Source: a bacterium
GTDB lineage: Bacteria > UBA8248
Length of the DNA stretch: 64,000 nucleotides
Direction of reading: 5' to 3'
Assembly (NCBI GenBank): GCA_965203325.1
Contig: OZ241875.1
Location: 672,001 to 736,000 of the forward strand
Shown piece after piece: positions 1 to 9,926 of this stretch. A program made the translations under genes and the position numbers. Under the pieces are notes generated by a model, which saw only the letters and a program-made list of their open reading frames with translations, made no database searches and was not told the origin of the DNA. The first letter of the stretch is position 1, and every line of letters starts with the position of its first letter.

Positions 1-135
<135 letters not shown>

Positions 136-363
136 ACATCTGCGCGCTGCCACTGGGCAAAACAATCGAAAATAGGGTGGAAAATGCCTCAAGTTTCCAG
201 CCGATTTTTGGACGTTAGCTTTCGCGTGTTTTCAGGCAGTGGGGAGTTTCCAGCGGGGGTGAGGTCTTTGTAGTTTGTTGAAGCTTTTGGAGATATTTGT
301 TTTTTCGAGTTTTGATTCAAAATCGTATTTTGAAAATTGCAATCAAACCGAAAGAGGATCAAT

Positions 364-735
364 TCAAAGGTCGGCGCGAACCTGCGCGTCGCTATTGAGA
401 GCGCTTGTATTCAATAGCGGGTGATAGCTCTTCGCCATCTCGTCGTTGAACACGCGGCAAAGCTCCGCGCCGAGAGCCGACTCCGCCCAATAGACCATCG
501 GCGGCCCCAAGGAGATGACCTGCATGTCCACCGCCGAGGCGGCCATCTGCTCCAGGCGAACGTCGAGGTCGAAAAAATCGGGGGAAAAAGTGAAGAACTC
601 ACGCCCCGCCACAAAGAGCTTGCGCTCTCCGCCCGCGCCCTCTCTCCTGACCTCTATGGGGGGTTTATCTCCTTGCCCTTCGATGAGGTCCAGGAAGCGC
701 TCCGGGTAGAAATGCGCGTGGGCGTCGATTCTCAT
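364..735 (-). pseudogene. Truncated amidohydrolase_2 (ACMSD-like) gene
   Basis: Starts MRIDAHAH (HxH metal motif), with the ATG overlapping the upstream stop by one base (TGATG). Has 'VDMQVISLGPP' and 'CRVFNDEMA', then runs into unrelated sequence at ~430 after ~100 aa; family members are about 300+ aa. Confidence 0.7.
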
Positions 736-1670
736 CAAGTGCTCAAAGCCCGGTAGACGTTTCTCACATTCCAGGGCATCCACTCCGGGTAGCGGGGAAG
801 ATGTTCGTAATCGGCGAGCCGCACGCGCGCGACCGCTTCATCCTCGCTCATGCCCGTTCCAAGCGCGTCTGCGACACCGCCTCGAAGAGCAGCGAGCATG
901 TCGCGGAAGTCGGCGATCTCCTTCAAGCCCGCAGGCTTTCCGTGGCCCGGAATCACCTGCTCTACGTTCAGCGCCAAGACGTGGTTCAGCGCCGATATCC
1001 ACCCGTCTACATCACCGTCCCCCAGCCACGGGAAGCGGCCGACGAAGAGCAGATCGCCCACGAATACGATCCCGTCCTCGGGGAGGTAGGCGATGACGTC
1101 CCCGTCGCAGTGGGCGGGACCCCCGTACTCCAGGACGATAGTGCGCCGATCCAGATGAAAAGTGAACGAATCCGCGAAGGTCTGGGTCGGCGGCGCGGCA
1201 ATGTAGGTTGCGTATTCGGGCGAGCCGAGACGGCCCCGGAACCACTCCCATGCCGGATCTTCGGCGGGAATGAGCTCCGTGATGTTGGGCCCGAACATGC
1301 ACGTGACTTTCGTTTGGAAATCGGTGAAGAAATCGCCCCTTTGTACGCCTGTGCCCAGCACCTCGCGGAATTTCTCCAGCGTAGTCTCGTGCGCGAGAAC
1401 GGGGGCGTCGGAGGCGAATACCGAACCTCCCGCCGAGTGATCGAGATGGTAGTGTGTCAGCGCGAGACAGAAAAAGGCTAGATCGCCCGTCGCCTCCAGC
1501 GCGGCGCGGAACTTTTCCGCCAGCGGAACATGCTGCTGGGCATCGAGGACTATCCAGCCCCCGGGCGTCAAGAACGCGCCCGCGTTCGAGTCTCCGCCTT
1601 CTCCGATGAACGCGTAGATGCCCTCGGCGAGGGGGATGAGTCCTGCACCCGAATCTTTCGCCACTTTCAA
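735..1670 (-). CDS. MBL-fold metallo-hydrolase (cyclase-like)
   Basis: THYHLDHSAG, AHCDGD, GDLLF and IPGHG motifs. TTG start at 1670 follows a GGGGGA RBS-like sequence. Confidence 0.85.
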   Translation of the reverse strand: MKVAKDSGAGLIPLAEGIYAFIGEGGDSNAGAFLTPGGWIVLDAQQHVPLAEKFRAALEATGDLAFFCLALTHYHLDHSAGGSVFASDAPVLAHETTLEKFREVLGTGVQRGDFFTDFQTKVTCMFGPNITELIPAEDPAWEWFRGRLGSPEYATYIAAPPTQTFADSFTFHLDRRTIVLEYGGPAHCDGDVIAYLPEDGIVFVGDLLFVGRFPWLGDGDVDGWISALNHVLALNVEQVIPGHGKPAGLKEIADFRDMLAALRGGVADALGTGMSEDEAVARVRLADYEHLPRYPEWMPWNVRNVYRALST

Positions 1671-1952
1671 TCCCCCTTTCCCGCCGCGCTTTGCGGACCG
1701 GCGCGCCAAGCCCTTCTTGCGGAAAACGGCGTCTTCCGCCTCGAAGATGTCGAACCGCCATAATCGACCTTGAAATCCGTTTGCCGGGGCGATGTTAATA
1801 TGAAACGGTCGTGATTTGGAATCTCCCAGACGAAATTACATCCATATCATTCCCTCGCATTTACGATAGTGGAAAAAGAGAGAATGTATGTATGATGGTG
1901 GAACTGAGCGGGTCTGTGCGTGAATGAAATTTTGAATAATTCGATAAAATCA

Positions 1953-1984
1953 GATAAATTCACGGGGTTATTCGATAAATTCCT
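1953..1984. repeat. 32-bp motif repeated in inverted orientation at 31085-31116
   Basis: gataaattcacggggttattcgataaattcct versus the reverse complement of 31085-31116, gataaattcacggggtttttcgataaattcct (31/32 identical). Confidence 0.9.
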
Positions 1985-2150
1985 GCAAATTAATTTCCTG
2001 GGATATGACGCCGCGAAATCCGGACGCAGGGGAATTCTGCCATGGCCCGCGCCTTCTGCGATGACGGCAAATGCGGGGAGTTGCGGGGGGCGGACGCGCT
2101 TATAGTAAAACATACGATAAGCAACATAACTATTTGAAAAGGAGAGCGTT

Positions 2151-2513
2151 TTGGACTGGATAGGGGTGGGTCTTCTGGTATTGGGCGCGGTCGTGGGCAC
2201 GCTGAACGCGGCCACCGGCGTGGGCTGGGGCATCATCATGGTGCCCACGCTGTTCCTCATTCCCTCGCTCACGCCCCAACAGGCGGTGGCGGTCTCGATT
2301 CTCGCCTATCTGTTCAACTCGCTGGTCGCCTCGTTCGAGAACGTGAGAGGCGGGCTAATCGTCTGGAATTACGCGGTTTATCTGAGCATCGGGGCCATCA
2401 TCGGCGGCGTAGTGGGCGCGCATCTGCTGCAAACCTTCTCGGCGCTGACGCTCAAGAGAATCGTGGGCGTTCTGGTGATCGCCGCGGGCGCGAACCTGCT
2501 CATCAACCGCTGA
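2151..2513 (+). CDS. Half-size TSUP (TauE/SafE sulfite exporter) membrane protein
   Basis: About 4 hydrophobic helices, GVGWGIIMVPTL and GAIIGGVVGA motifs; AAGGAG RBS before TTG. Confidence 0.8.
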   Translation: MDWIGVGLLVLGAVVGTLNAATGVGWGIIMVPTLFLIPSLTPQQAVAVSILAYLFNSLVASFENVRGGLIVWNYAVYLSIGAIIGGVVGAHLLQTFSALTLKRIVGVLVIAAGANLLINR

Positions 2514-2517
2514 AACA

Positions 2518-2541
2518 AAACCCCCCGGGAGCGGGGGGTTT
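2518..2541. terminator. GC-rich hairpin, probable terminator
   Basis: aaaccccccg-ggag-cggggggttt immediately after the TSUP stop. Confidence 0.6.
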
Positions 2542-2782
2542 CATGGTGCGCACGCTTCATCGGTTCATATCTGCCTTCAGATAGAGGCAGAAAAATCAAA
2601 GGTTTCGCCTGATTCGGCTCATGTGATTCATCGGCCCGCTATCCCAGCAGCGTCCTCTTCATCCACATGAAAACCCGCGCCACGGCGGAGAACAACCCGC
2701 CGACTCAGGTGGGGCAGGCTCCCTGCTCTGGCGGCGTTTCATGTCTTTCATCCACCGGCTTCGGCGTGCGGGTCTCCAAGGT

Positions 2783-3136
2783 TCAGCCCTCTCCTTCCTG
2801 CGAGCTCCCGGCGCGCTCGGGGGCGATATCGTAAAGATAATCAAACGAATAGATGCCGGCCCCGCATCCGCCGCGCCAGATGAAGTTGAGGGCGTAGCGC
2901 CCCACCATCTCGACGTTTTCGAGCTCAGTCGGCCCACTCGGCCCCGAGAGAACAACGAGGGGGTTTTTCTCGCGCGCCTTGCGCTCCTCCTTGCAGTTCG
3001 CGCACGGGCAAAGAGCCGCGAGGTAATCGAAGCCGTAGGCGCTCTTCTCCCCGCTCGCCCACTCGACGCGAAACTCGCGGGCGGGCTTGTCCACCGTGAG
3101 ATCGACGGGATGGGCCTTGTCGACCGGCGCGCTCAT
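2783..3136 (-). CDS. DUF971 / GBBH-like N-terminal metal-binding protein
   Basis: LCPCANC...VGRYALNFIW...GIYSFDYL signature. Confidence 0.85.
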   Translation of the reverse strand: MSAPVDKAHPVDLTVDKPAREFRVEWASGEKSAYGFDYLAALCPCANCKEERKAREKNPLVVLSGPSGPTELENVEMVGRYALNFIWRGGCGAGIYSFDYLYDIAPERAGSSQEGEG

Positions 3137-3170
3137 GAGACGCCGGCCTCGTGATGGCGTTTACGGCGCA

Positions 3171-3830
3171 TTATCTCGCCTTCATCCCGTACTTCTCATA
3201 CTTCTTCGATGAGGCGGTGCTGAGCTTGGCGGATTGGGGCGTCTTGAGTTCGAGCAGCCAGGGCCGCTCAGCCGATGTGGCCCGCACGGCGTCCAAGAGG
3301 CCCTGCTCATCGCCTTCGCTCTCCCAATCGCCTTCTTCGAGCTTCACGAAAACGGGCTTGCCCTCGCCGAAATCGAGCGTGGGAACGCCGAAAATGCCCT
3401 GTTCAGCCGCATCCTCATGCTCTTGCGCGATGAGGGGGATGGTGGCGCCGCTTTTCATGTCCTCCTCCCAGCGATCGACGTCGAGGCCGACTTCCACGGC
3501 GATATCGCGCAAAACCAGTTCACTGGTGATGTCCTTGCCGTCGCGGTGCCTCGCCCGGTGGAGCGCCACGTGGTATTTGTCGAACTGGGTCTCGCCCTGC
3601 AAAGCCGCGCACTTGGCCGCTTGATGCGGGGGAAGGTCCCTGCTCGGGAAGGTTTTGTCCTCCCAGGCCTTCCAGTCCTCGCCGCGCGCCGGGCCGAAAT
3701 TCGCCTGTTCGAGCACGAAGGCCTTGTAATCCACTTTCAGATCGCTTCTTTTCTCCTGAAGACGAACGAGCCACTCCATGGCCCGGTAGGCGTAGGGTCA
3801 GACGTAGCAGTTCCACATGGTGACGTTCAT
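3171..3830 (-). CDS. DsbA/FrnE-family thioredoxin-fold protein, probable selenoprotein (in-frame TGA at 3798-3800)
   Basis: GGAGA RBS and ATG at 3830 give MNVTMWNCYV-U-PYAYRAMEWL, in frame with the 3779 ORF. GIFGVPT cis-Pro motif; hairpin starts 13 nt after the UGA. Confidence 0.8.
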
Positions 3831-3939
3831 GATTTTCTCCTTAAAAACGAGTTATCAAAGAGCATGGCGCGCTAATGATACACCACAAACTCGCAGATGA
3901 AAAAGCAGAGCAAAATCTTTTGAAAGTAGACGTTTCTCG

Positions 3940-4539
3940 CTAGTTTTCCGGCGTGAGCGCCTTGTTCAGCAATGCTTCCGCGCCCGCATTCAGGGAAAGC
4001 TCCCTGGCGGCTTCCTGCCCGCGCGCGGACATTTTCACCCAAGTTTTCCGCAAGATGCCGATGATTTTCTCCTCATCATGAAGCCGGGAGAAATCCCAGA
4101 AGTAGCTCTCCAAAAACACCAGACAGGCGACGTCCTCAAGCGTCTGGGTTTCCGGGTTTGATTTCAAGCCCTGCTTTTTCAAAAGCATACGGACTTGGGC
4201 TATCGTTTCCTCATCATAACCCACCTTTTTGAGAATCTCGGCCGCTTTCTCTCCATGATAGTCATAAAGGCGGATCCGCCATTGGTGGTATCCCTTCCGA
4301 CCCAGTGGATATTCCGAACGTGGAATCTCCCATCTGCGTATGTGTTGGCTCCGCACAGCCAGACGAAGAGCCTCTGAGGCTTGCGGCTCGATGGTTTCGA
4401 GCCATTTCGTCATTCTCATCGAATACAAAAGCTCTTTGGGATAATCTTCGCCCTCGAAACTCTCGGTGTTCGGATCCTCGGAATTTGCCTCATCGATGAG
4501 ACGCAAAGCATCTTCAAAACGTTTGGGATCTTCACTCAT
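3940..4539 (-). CDS. DUF4202 family (HD-like) protein
   Basis: IDEANSEDPN...PKELLYS.RM, RSQHIRRWEIPR.EYP, QTLEDVACLVFL. Confidence 0.85.
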   Translation of the reverse strand: MSEDPKRFEDALRLIDEANSEDPNTESFEGEDYPKELLYSMRMTKWLETIEPQASEALRLAVRSQHIRRWEIPRSEYPLGRKGYHQWRIRLYDYHGEKAAEILKKVGYDEETIAQVRMLLKKQGLKSNPETQTLEDVACLVFLESYFWDFSRLHDEEKIIGILRKTWVKMSARGQEAARELSLNAGAEALLNKALTPEN

Positions 4540-4620
4540 GATTTACACCTTCTCAGTTGCAATAAGCATTCACCAGAATCACTCCAGACAAGACTACTCA
4601 AGAATAAACGCCTGCTCGGG

Positions 4621-4677
4621 TTGACAAAAGCAAGAAAGTAAAATATTTTCCACAAAAAGTTAAGTATTTTACTTAAC
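4621..4677 (+). promoter_or_regulatory. sigma70-like promoter plus palindromic operator upstream of cobA operon
   Basis: TTGACA(4621)-17 nt-TATTTT; perfect 8-3-8 inverted repeat gttaagta-ttt-tacttaac at 4659-4677. Confidence 0.6.
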
Positions 4678-4716
4678 AATAAAAAGTAAAAACTGAATTT
4701 TATACGGGAATCTCTG

Positions 4717-5526
4717 ATGTATCAAGGAAAAGTACAGATTGTGGGAGCAGGTCCGGGGGACCCGGACTTGCTGACACTCAAGGCAGTGAAAGCTCTCTCA
4801 AACGCAGACTTGGTGGTTTATGACCGTCTCGTGAACCCTGAGATTCTTGAGCTTTGCCCGGAAAACTGCCAACTCGTCAATGCGGGAAAATCCAGTGGTC
4901 GACACACCATGAGCCAAGATGACATCAACGAAGCTCTAATCCATTTCGCCCATCACGGTTATCAAGTGGTGCGTCTAAAAGGCGGGGACCCTTTCGTTTT
5001 CGGCCGTGGCGGCGAGGAAGCGCAAGCACTGGCCAAAGCCGGTATTGATTTTGAAATCATACCAGGCGTCAGTTCCGCCCTGGCCGTGCCCGCCTATGCC
5101 GGAATACCCGTCACCCACCGAAACCTCGCCTCGTCGTTTACGGTCGTAACAGCCCATGAAGACCCCGGAAAACCAGAAACGCAAGTGGATTACGCGCATC
5201 TGGCAGAAAACAAAGGAACACTCGTTTTCCTCATGGGCGCGCGTTCCATCGGACGCATATCAGCCGCTTTGATGGAAAACGGCATGTCGAAAGACACGCC
5301 CGCCGCCATCATTGAAAATGGAACCACAAACAGGCAATTGGCCTACCGCTGCTCTTTGGGAGAAGCATCTAGCCTCGCACAACGCGAAGAAATATCCCCA
5401 CCCGCTGTTTTTCTCGTCGGACCCGTCGCCGGCCTTGAAGACCTCGTTTGGTTCGAGGCCGATGAAAGTCAAGAAATTTCCTGGCGCTGTCCCACGGAAG
5501 AATCCCTGAGCAAAGTCATTTCGTAA
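4717..5526 (+). CDS. cobA: Uroporphyrinogen-III C-methyltransferase
   Basis: VGAGPGDPDLLTLKA, VRLKGGDPFVFGRGGEE, IPGVSSA, GIPVTHR. Confidence 0.95.
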   Translation: MYQGKVQIVGAGPGDPDLLTLKAVKALSNADLVVYDRLVNPEILELCPENCQLVNAGKSSGRHTMSQDDINEALIHFAHHGYQVVRLKGGDPFVFGRGGEEAQALAKAGIDFEIIPGVSSALAVPAYAGIPVTHRNLASSFTVVTAHEDPGKPETQVDYAHLAENKGTLVFLMGARSIGRISAALMENGMSKDTPAAIIENGTTNRQLAYRCSLGEASSLAQREEISPPAVFLVGPVAGLEDLVWFEADESQEISWRCPTEESLSKVIS

Positions 5527-5597
5527 ATGTCGGGCTTTGGCCCGGACCATAATTCATCATCCAATATGTGCACAGTTGTTCATGTAAGGAGTAAGTG

Positions 5598-7397
5598 ATG
5601 CATGAAGAATCACGAAAACCATTGTCTCGGGAAACAGGCGTCATTCCTGTGATCCCCGAAGAATTCGATGATTTTGAAACACAAGCCACCAGATTCCGTA
5701 ATGGAGAGCTAGATAACGGTGAGTTCCTCCCCTATCGCCTCAGGCGCGGCGTATATGGCCAGCGTCAGGCGGACGCACAGATGGTGCGCGTGAAAATCCC
5801 TTTCGGCGGTCTGAGCGCTTCCCAACTCGAAGCCCTGGGGCGCGTATCGCGCGATTACGTGCCATTGGGAAAAGGCCATGTGACGACACGGGAAAACGTG
5901 CAGTTTCATTTCGTCCCTCTCGACCAGTCCGCCGATGTCCTGAGGCTTCTGGGCGAAGTGGGACTTACCACGCGGGAAGCATGTGGAAATTGCGTAAGAA
6001 ACGTCACTGGCTGTCCCTATGCGGGCGTTTGCAAGGACCAGGTTTTCGACGCCACGCCCTACGCAGGCGCGTTTGCGCGTTACTTCGTCCGTAAGGATTT
6101 TACCCAGGACCTGCCGCGCAAATTCAAGGTGGCGTTCTCCAGTTGCGCTTCGGACTGTGTGGTCGGCGGAATTCATGACATCGGTTTCATTCCCGTTATC
6201 AAGGAGATGGAAGGAACTCCCGTACACGGCTTCAAGATGCTCGTCGGCGGCGGCCTCGCTACCTTCGCGCGTACCGCCGAAGTGCTTTACGAGTTTGTTC
6301 CGGTATCCGACTTCCTGAGGGTGAGTGAAGCCCTCATCCGGGTTTTCGACCAGGCGACTGAACTTCGCAAATCCCGTTTCAAGGCGCGCATCAAGTTCCT
6401 CGTAAGCTGGATTGGGATAGACGGGCTGCGCGAACGCGTCGAGGATGAGCTCAAGAAAGATTGGGCGAAAGAACCCGTCAGTCCCGAACCCTACCTTTGG
6501 AATGACGATGAAGAAACCGACGCCCCTCCCGTCTTGAATACCCTGAACGGGGCGGGGGCCAGCCCGAACGGCGACTCGGCGGATTATCACGCCTGGAGAA
6601 AAACGAACGTCACCGCGCAGAGACAAGAAGGTTATTTCGCTGTCGATGTAAAACTCCCATTGGGGAACATCCTTACGGATCAGTTCTTCTCTCTGGCCGA
6701 CCTCACCCGACGTTTCGCGAGAGGGCGCGCAAGAACGAGTTTCGAGCAAAACCTCGTGCTCAGATGGGTGCGCGAAGGCGAGCTTTACCCCCTCTGGAAA
6801 GAACTCCAACGCATCGGGCTCGCCGAAAAAGGCGCACGGGAGATATCCGACGTGGTTTCCTGCCCGGGAACGGATTCATGCAAACTCGGCATCACTTCCT
6901 CTATGGGCCTGGCCAACGCCATACGCGAAACACTGCGGGAAGTTGACCAAGACCCATTCACGCGGGAGATGCACATCAAGATGAGCGGTTGCCCGAATTC
7001 TTGCGGACAACACCACATCGCCAACATCGGCTTTCACGGGGGGACGCTCAAAGCGAACGGCGTGATGCTGCCCGCTTATGAAATTTTCCTAGGTGGCCAA
7101 TACGATAGTACCGATGGAGAAATCCGCATCGGCAAACGCATCCAGGTTCGGATTCCCGCAAAACGCGTTCCCGCCGCGCTCAAGAAAATGCTGTCCCACT
7201 ACCAGGAAAACAGAAGCGAGGGCGAGCGGTTCAACGAGTTTTTGGATCGTGTGGGCAATGCGTCCTTTGAAGATTTGCTGCACGAGTTTCACCTTGCCGG
7301 TCAGTTCAATGACGAGCCCGATTCTGATTTGTTCATCGACTGGAGTCAGGACAGGCAATACGTTCTGGAGAGAGGAGAAGGCGAATGCCTAGCCTAG
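5598..7397 (+). CDS. Siroheme nitrite/sulfite reductase (NirA/Sir/CysI-like)
   Basis: TTRENVQFH, REACGNCVRN, LPRKFK, SCPGTDSCKLG and SGCPNSCGQHH siroheme/[4Fe-4S] ligands. Confidence 0.92.
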   Translation: MHEESRKPLSRETGVIPVIPEEFDDFETQATRFRNGELDNGEFLPYRLRRGVYGQRQADAQMVRVKIPFGGLSASQLEALGRVSRDYVPLGKGHVTTRENVQFHFVPLDQSADVLRLLGEVGLTTREACGNCVRNVTGCPYAGVCKDQVFDATPYAGAFARYFVRKDFTQDLPRKFKVAFSSCASDCVVGGIHDIGFIPVIKEMEGTPVHGFKMLVGGGLATFARTAEVLYEFVPVSDFLRVSEALIRVFDQATELRKSRFKARIKFLVSWIGIDGLRERVEDELKKDWAKEPVSPEPYLWNDDEETDAPPVLNTLNGAGASPNGDSADYHAWRKTNVTAQRQEGYFAVDVKLPLGNILTDQFFSLADLTRRFARGRARTSFEQNLVLRWVREGELYPLWKELQRIGLAEKGAREISDVVSCPGTDSCKLGITSSMGLANAIRETLREVDQDPFTREMHIKMSGCPNSCGQHHIANIGFHGGTLKANGVMLPAYEIFLGGQYDSTDGEIRIGKRIQVRIPAKRVPAALKKMLSHYQENRSEGERFNEFLDRVGNASFEDLLHEFHLAGQFNDEPDSDLFIDWSQDRQYVLERGEGECLA

Positions 7398-7837
7398 AAG
7401 AACAATTGGAATTTCTGGACGAGGCGTCCGAGGATCAGGTGAAAATCGCTGTTTTGCTCGTCGGTCACGGCAGCCGAGCCCAAAACGCCAACGAAGCGCT
7501 TTTCCGCGTCGTGGACCATTTTCAAAAAGCATGGCCGCATCGCATATTGAAGGCCGCATTCCTGGAGATCAGTCACCCCTCCATTCCTGAGGGAATCGAC
7601 TTGTGCGTAGCGAAAGGAGCTGAAAGAATCATCGTCATCCCTTATTTTCTTTTCAGGGGCAATCACGTTAAAGAAGATTTGCCCGTCTTCATCAAAGAAT
7701 GCCGGAGGAAATACCCGGATATCGACGTCATTTTGGGCCCGCATCTCGGCTTCCATCCCAAGATGATCGAGATCGTCGACGAGCGAATCCAGCAAGTGCT
7801 CGATACCCTAAAATTCGAGGAGAATGCGCTCCCATGA
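7385..7837 (+). CDS. Sirohydrochlorin chelatase (SirB/CbiX short form)
   Basis: VGHGSR, AFLE..PSI, PYFLFRGNHVKEDLP, HLGFHP. Confidence 0.9.
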   Translation: MPSLEEQLEFLDEASEDQVKIAVLLVGHGSRAQNANEALFRVVDHFQKAWPHRILKAAFLEISHPSIPEGIDLCVAKGAERIIVIPYFLFRGNHVKEDLPVFIKECRRKYPDIDVILGPHLGFHPKMIEIVDERIQQVLDTLKFEENALP

Positions 7838-8808
7838 CCGACCAAAACGGATCCGCCCGCCCCATCGCCATTTATTATGAACATCCCGAGTGGTTCAAAA
7901 AGCTTTTTGAGGAACTCGACAGAAGGGATGTGGCATATGAAAAAATAGAAGCCTACAACCATCGCTTCGATCCAACCGAAACCGAATCGCCTTATACGCT
8001 GATTGTAAACAGGATGAGTCCATCTGCATGGGCGCGCGGGCATACCCATGCGATTCCCTACACGCTCGAGTATTGCGCGCACCTCAAGGCGATTGGCGCC
8101 AATGTGATCAACGGCTACAAGGCCTATCTCCATGAATTCTCAAAAGTGCGTCAAACCCGCCTGCTTAACAGTCTGGGCGCCAACCACCCGAGGTCACGGG
8201 TGATCAACCACCCCTCCCAGGCCCCGGCGGCGGCCGAGGGGTTCAGTTTTCCCATCATCACGAAAGCGAATATCGGCGGGAGCGGAGCCGGTATACAAAA
8301 ATACGACACGCCTGAAGAACTCCAACGAGCGGCGGATGAAGCGAGCATCGATTTCGGCATCGACAATGTGGCGCTCGTTCAGGAATACATCCCGCCGCGT
8401 GGAGATCAAATCGTCCGGGTCGAAGTTTTGAACAGCAAGTTCCTTTATGCGATTCAACTGGCGTTGGTGGACCCGAATTCCTTTAATCTCTGCCCGGGCA
8501 GTTACTGCCGCCGCAACGAGGAGGTCGCATGCGGGGTGAACGGCAGAAACGCTTTGATTGAGAAGGTCACACCACCAAGAGAGGTAATCGATACAGTCGA
8601 GAAAATCATGCAAACAGCCGGGATAGAGGTCGGCGGCGTAGAATATCTGGTCAGCGACAAGGATGGAGAAATATATTATTACGACATCAATGCGCTCTCC
8701 AATTTCGTGGACGATGCGCAAAATCTCATCGGTTTCGACCCTTGGCCGCTGATGGCCGACTTCATTCTCGATCGCGTGCAGCACCCTGCTCCGGCTCTAA
8801 GTATTTAG
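7834..8808 (+). CDS. ATP-grasp ligase (RimK/glutathione-synthetase-like)
   Basis: KANIGGSGAGI, LVQEYIP, GGVEYL, YYDINALSNF; ATG overlaps the previous stop (ATGA). Confidence 0.8.
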   Translation: MTDQNGSARPIAIYYEHPEWFKKLFEELDRRDVAYEKIEAYNHRFDPTETESPYTLIVNRMSPSAWARGHTHAIPYTLEYCAHLKAIGANVINGYKAYLHEFSKVRQTRLLNSLGANHPRSRVINHPSQAPAAAEGFSFPIITKANIGGSGAGIQKYDTPEELQRAADEASIDFGIDNVALVQEYIPPRGDQIVRVEVLNSKFLYAIQLALVDPNSFNLCPGSYCRRNEEVACGVNGRNALIEKVTPPREVIDTVEKIMQTAGIEVGGVEYLVSDKDGEIYYYDINALSNFVDDAQNLIGFDPWPLMADFILDRVQHPAPALSI

Positions 8809-8860
8809 TGCTCAGGCCAAAGCGCTTTGATGGGCCTACATACTTTTCTATAATGGGGGC

Positions 8861-9757
8861 GTGTTTGAGACAGCCGCCGTATATGCCCTCATATCAGCAA
8901 TTTTGCTTGCGCTAAGGGATATCTTCGGGCGCTTTGCAGTTCGTGGCATAGACCCCATCACCGGAACGGCCTTTACCGCCATCATCGGCCTGCCCGTTCT
9001 CTGGATTGTCTCCGTTTTGAGGGGAGATTTTTCAGACCCCTGGCCGGGCTTGGGCTGGCCTCTTCTATTCATCGCCATCGCGGGAATTTTCAGGGTCTGC
9101 TTTGCGCGCACCATGCTCTTCGCCGCCACGCAGCACATCGGGTCCGCGCGCACGAGCACTATCGTCGCGACGAATATGATATTCGCCGTATTCTTCGGCG
9201 TCGCCTTGCTGGGAGAGGCACTCACGGTCACTATCGGGCTGGGCGCCCTGCTCGTGTTTGTCGGCTACCTCTTCATCGCCAGGAGTCATCCCAATCACCA
9301 GGGGGGTGAATCCCCTAAAAACCCGTATATCGGAATGGGATTGGCGCTCGGCTGCGCGCTGGCCTTCGGAGCAGCCGCAGTGCTTGTGCGACCAGCGGTG
9401 GGGTTCTTCACCTCAGCCAACGAGGCGAACTTCTATTCCAACATTTTCGCGGTAGCGGCCTTTTTGCCTTTTCTCTTTCGCAAAGGAAAAATTGGCGAAA
9501 TCAAAAACTGGACTCCGAGCAACTGGGGGTTCCTCGCTCTGGCCGGTCTATCCGCTAGCCTCGGCGTTACGTTTCTCTATCTCGCGCTGGCGAATGCTCC
9601 CGTCGTCTACGCCTTCCCCATCGCGCAATCAAGGCCTTTGTTCGCCATCGCTATTTCATGGGCTTTTCTTCAATCGGAAGAGAGAATGAACTGGCGCGTC
9701 GTGGCGGGCGCGCTCGCCATTTTTTCGGGCACGGTTACCCTGATTTTCAACGAATAA
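8861..9757 (+). CDS. DMT/EamA-family transporter
   Basis: About 10 hydrophobic helices in two repeats, 298 aa. Confidence 0.8.
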   Translation: MFETAAVYALISAILLALRDIFGRFAVRGIDPITGTAFTAIIGLPVLWIVSVLRGDFSDPWPGLGWPLLFIAIAGIFRVCFARTMLFAATQHIGSARTSTIVATNMIFAVFFGVALLGEALTVTIGLGALLVFVGYLFIARSHPNHQGGESPKNPYIGMGLALGCALAFGAAAVLVRPAVGFFTSANEANFYSNIFAVAAFLPFLFRKGKIGEIKNWTPSNWGFLALAGLSASLGVTFLYLALANAPVVYAFPIAQSRPLFAIAISWAFLQSEERMNWRVVAGALAIFSGTVTLIFNE

Positions 9758-9926
9758 GGCATTTGGGCAGTTCCACGAAAAACCTCTGGAATCAACCCTT
9801 CATTTCCATGCAAAAAATTGCGCACGAGGCTGGCAGGAGGAAAAAACCAGTTGCGGAAGGTCAGGCCTTGGGCTAAAGTTGTATCAAAATATTGGATATT
9901 CACTCCATCAAGGAGAATTCCACGAC

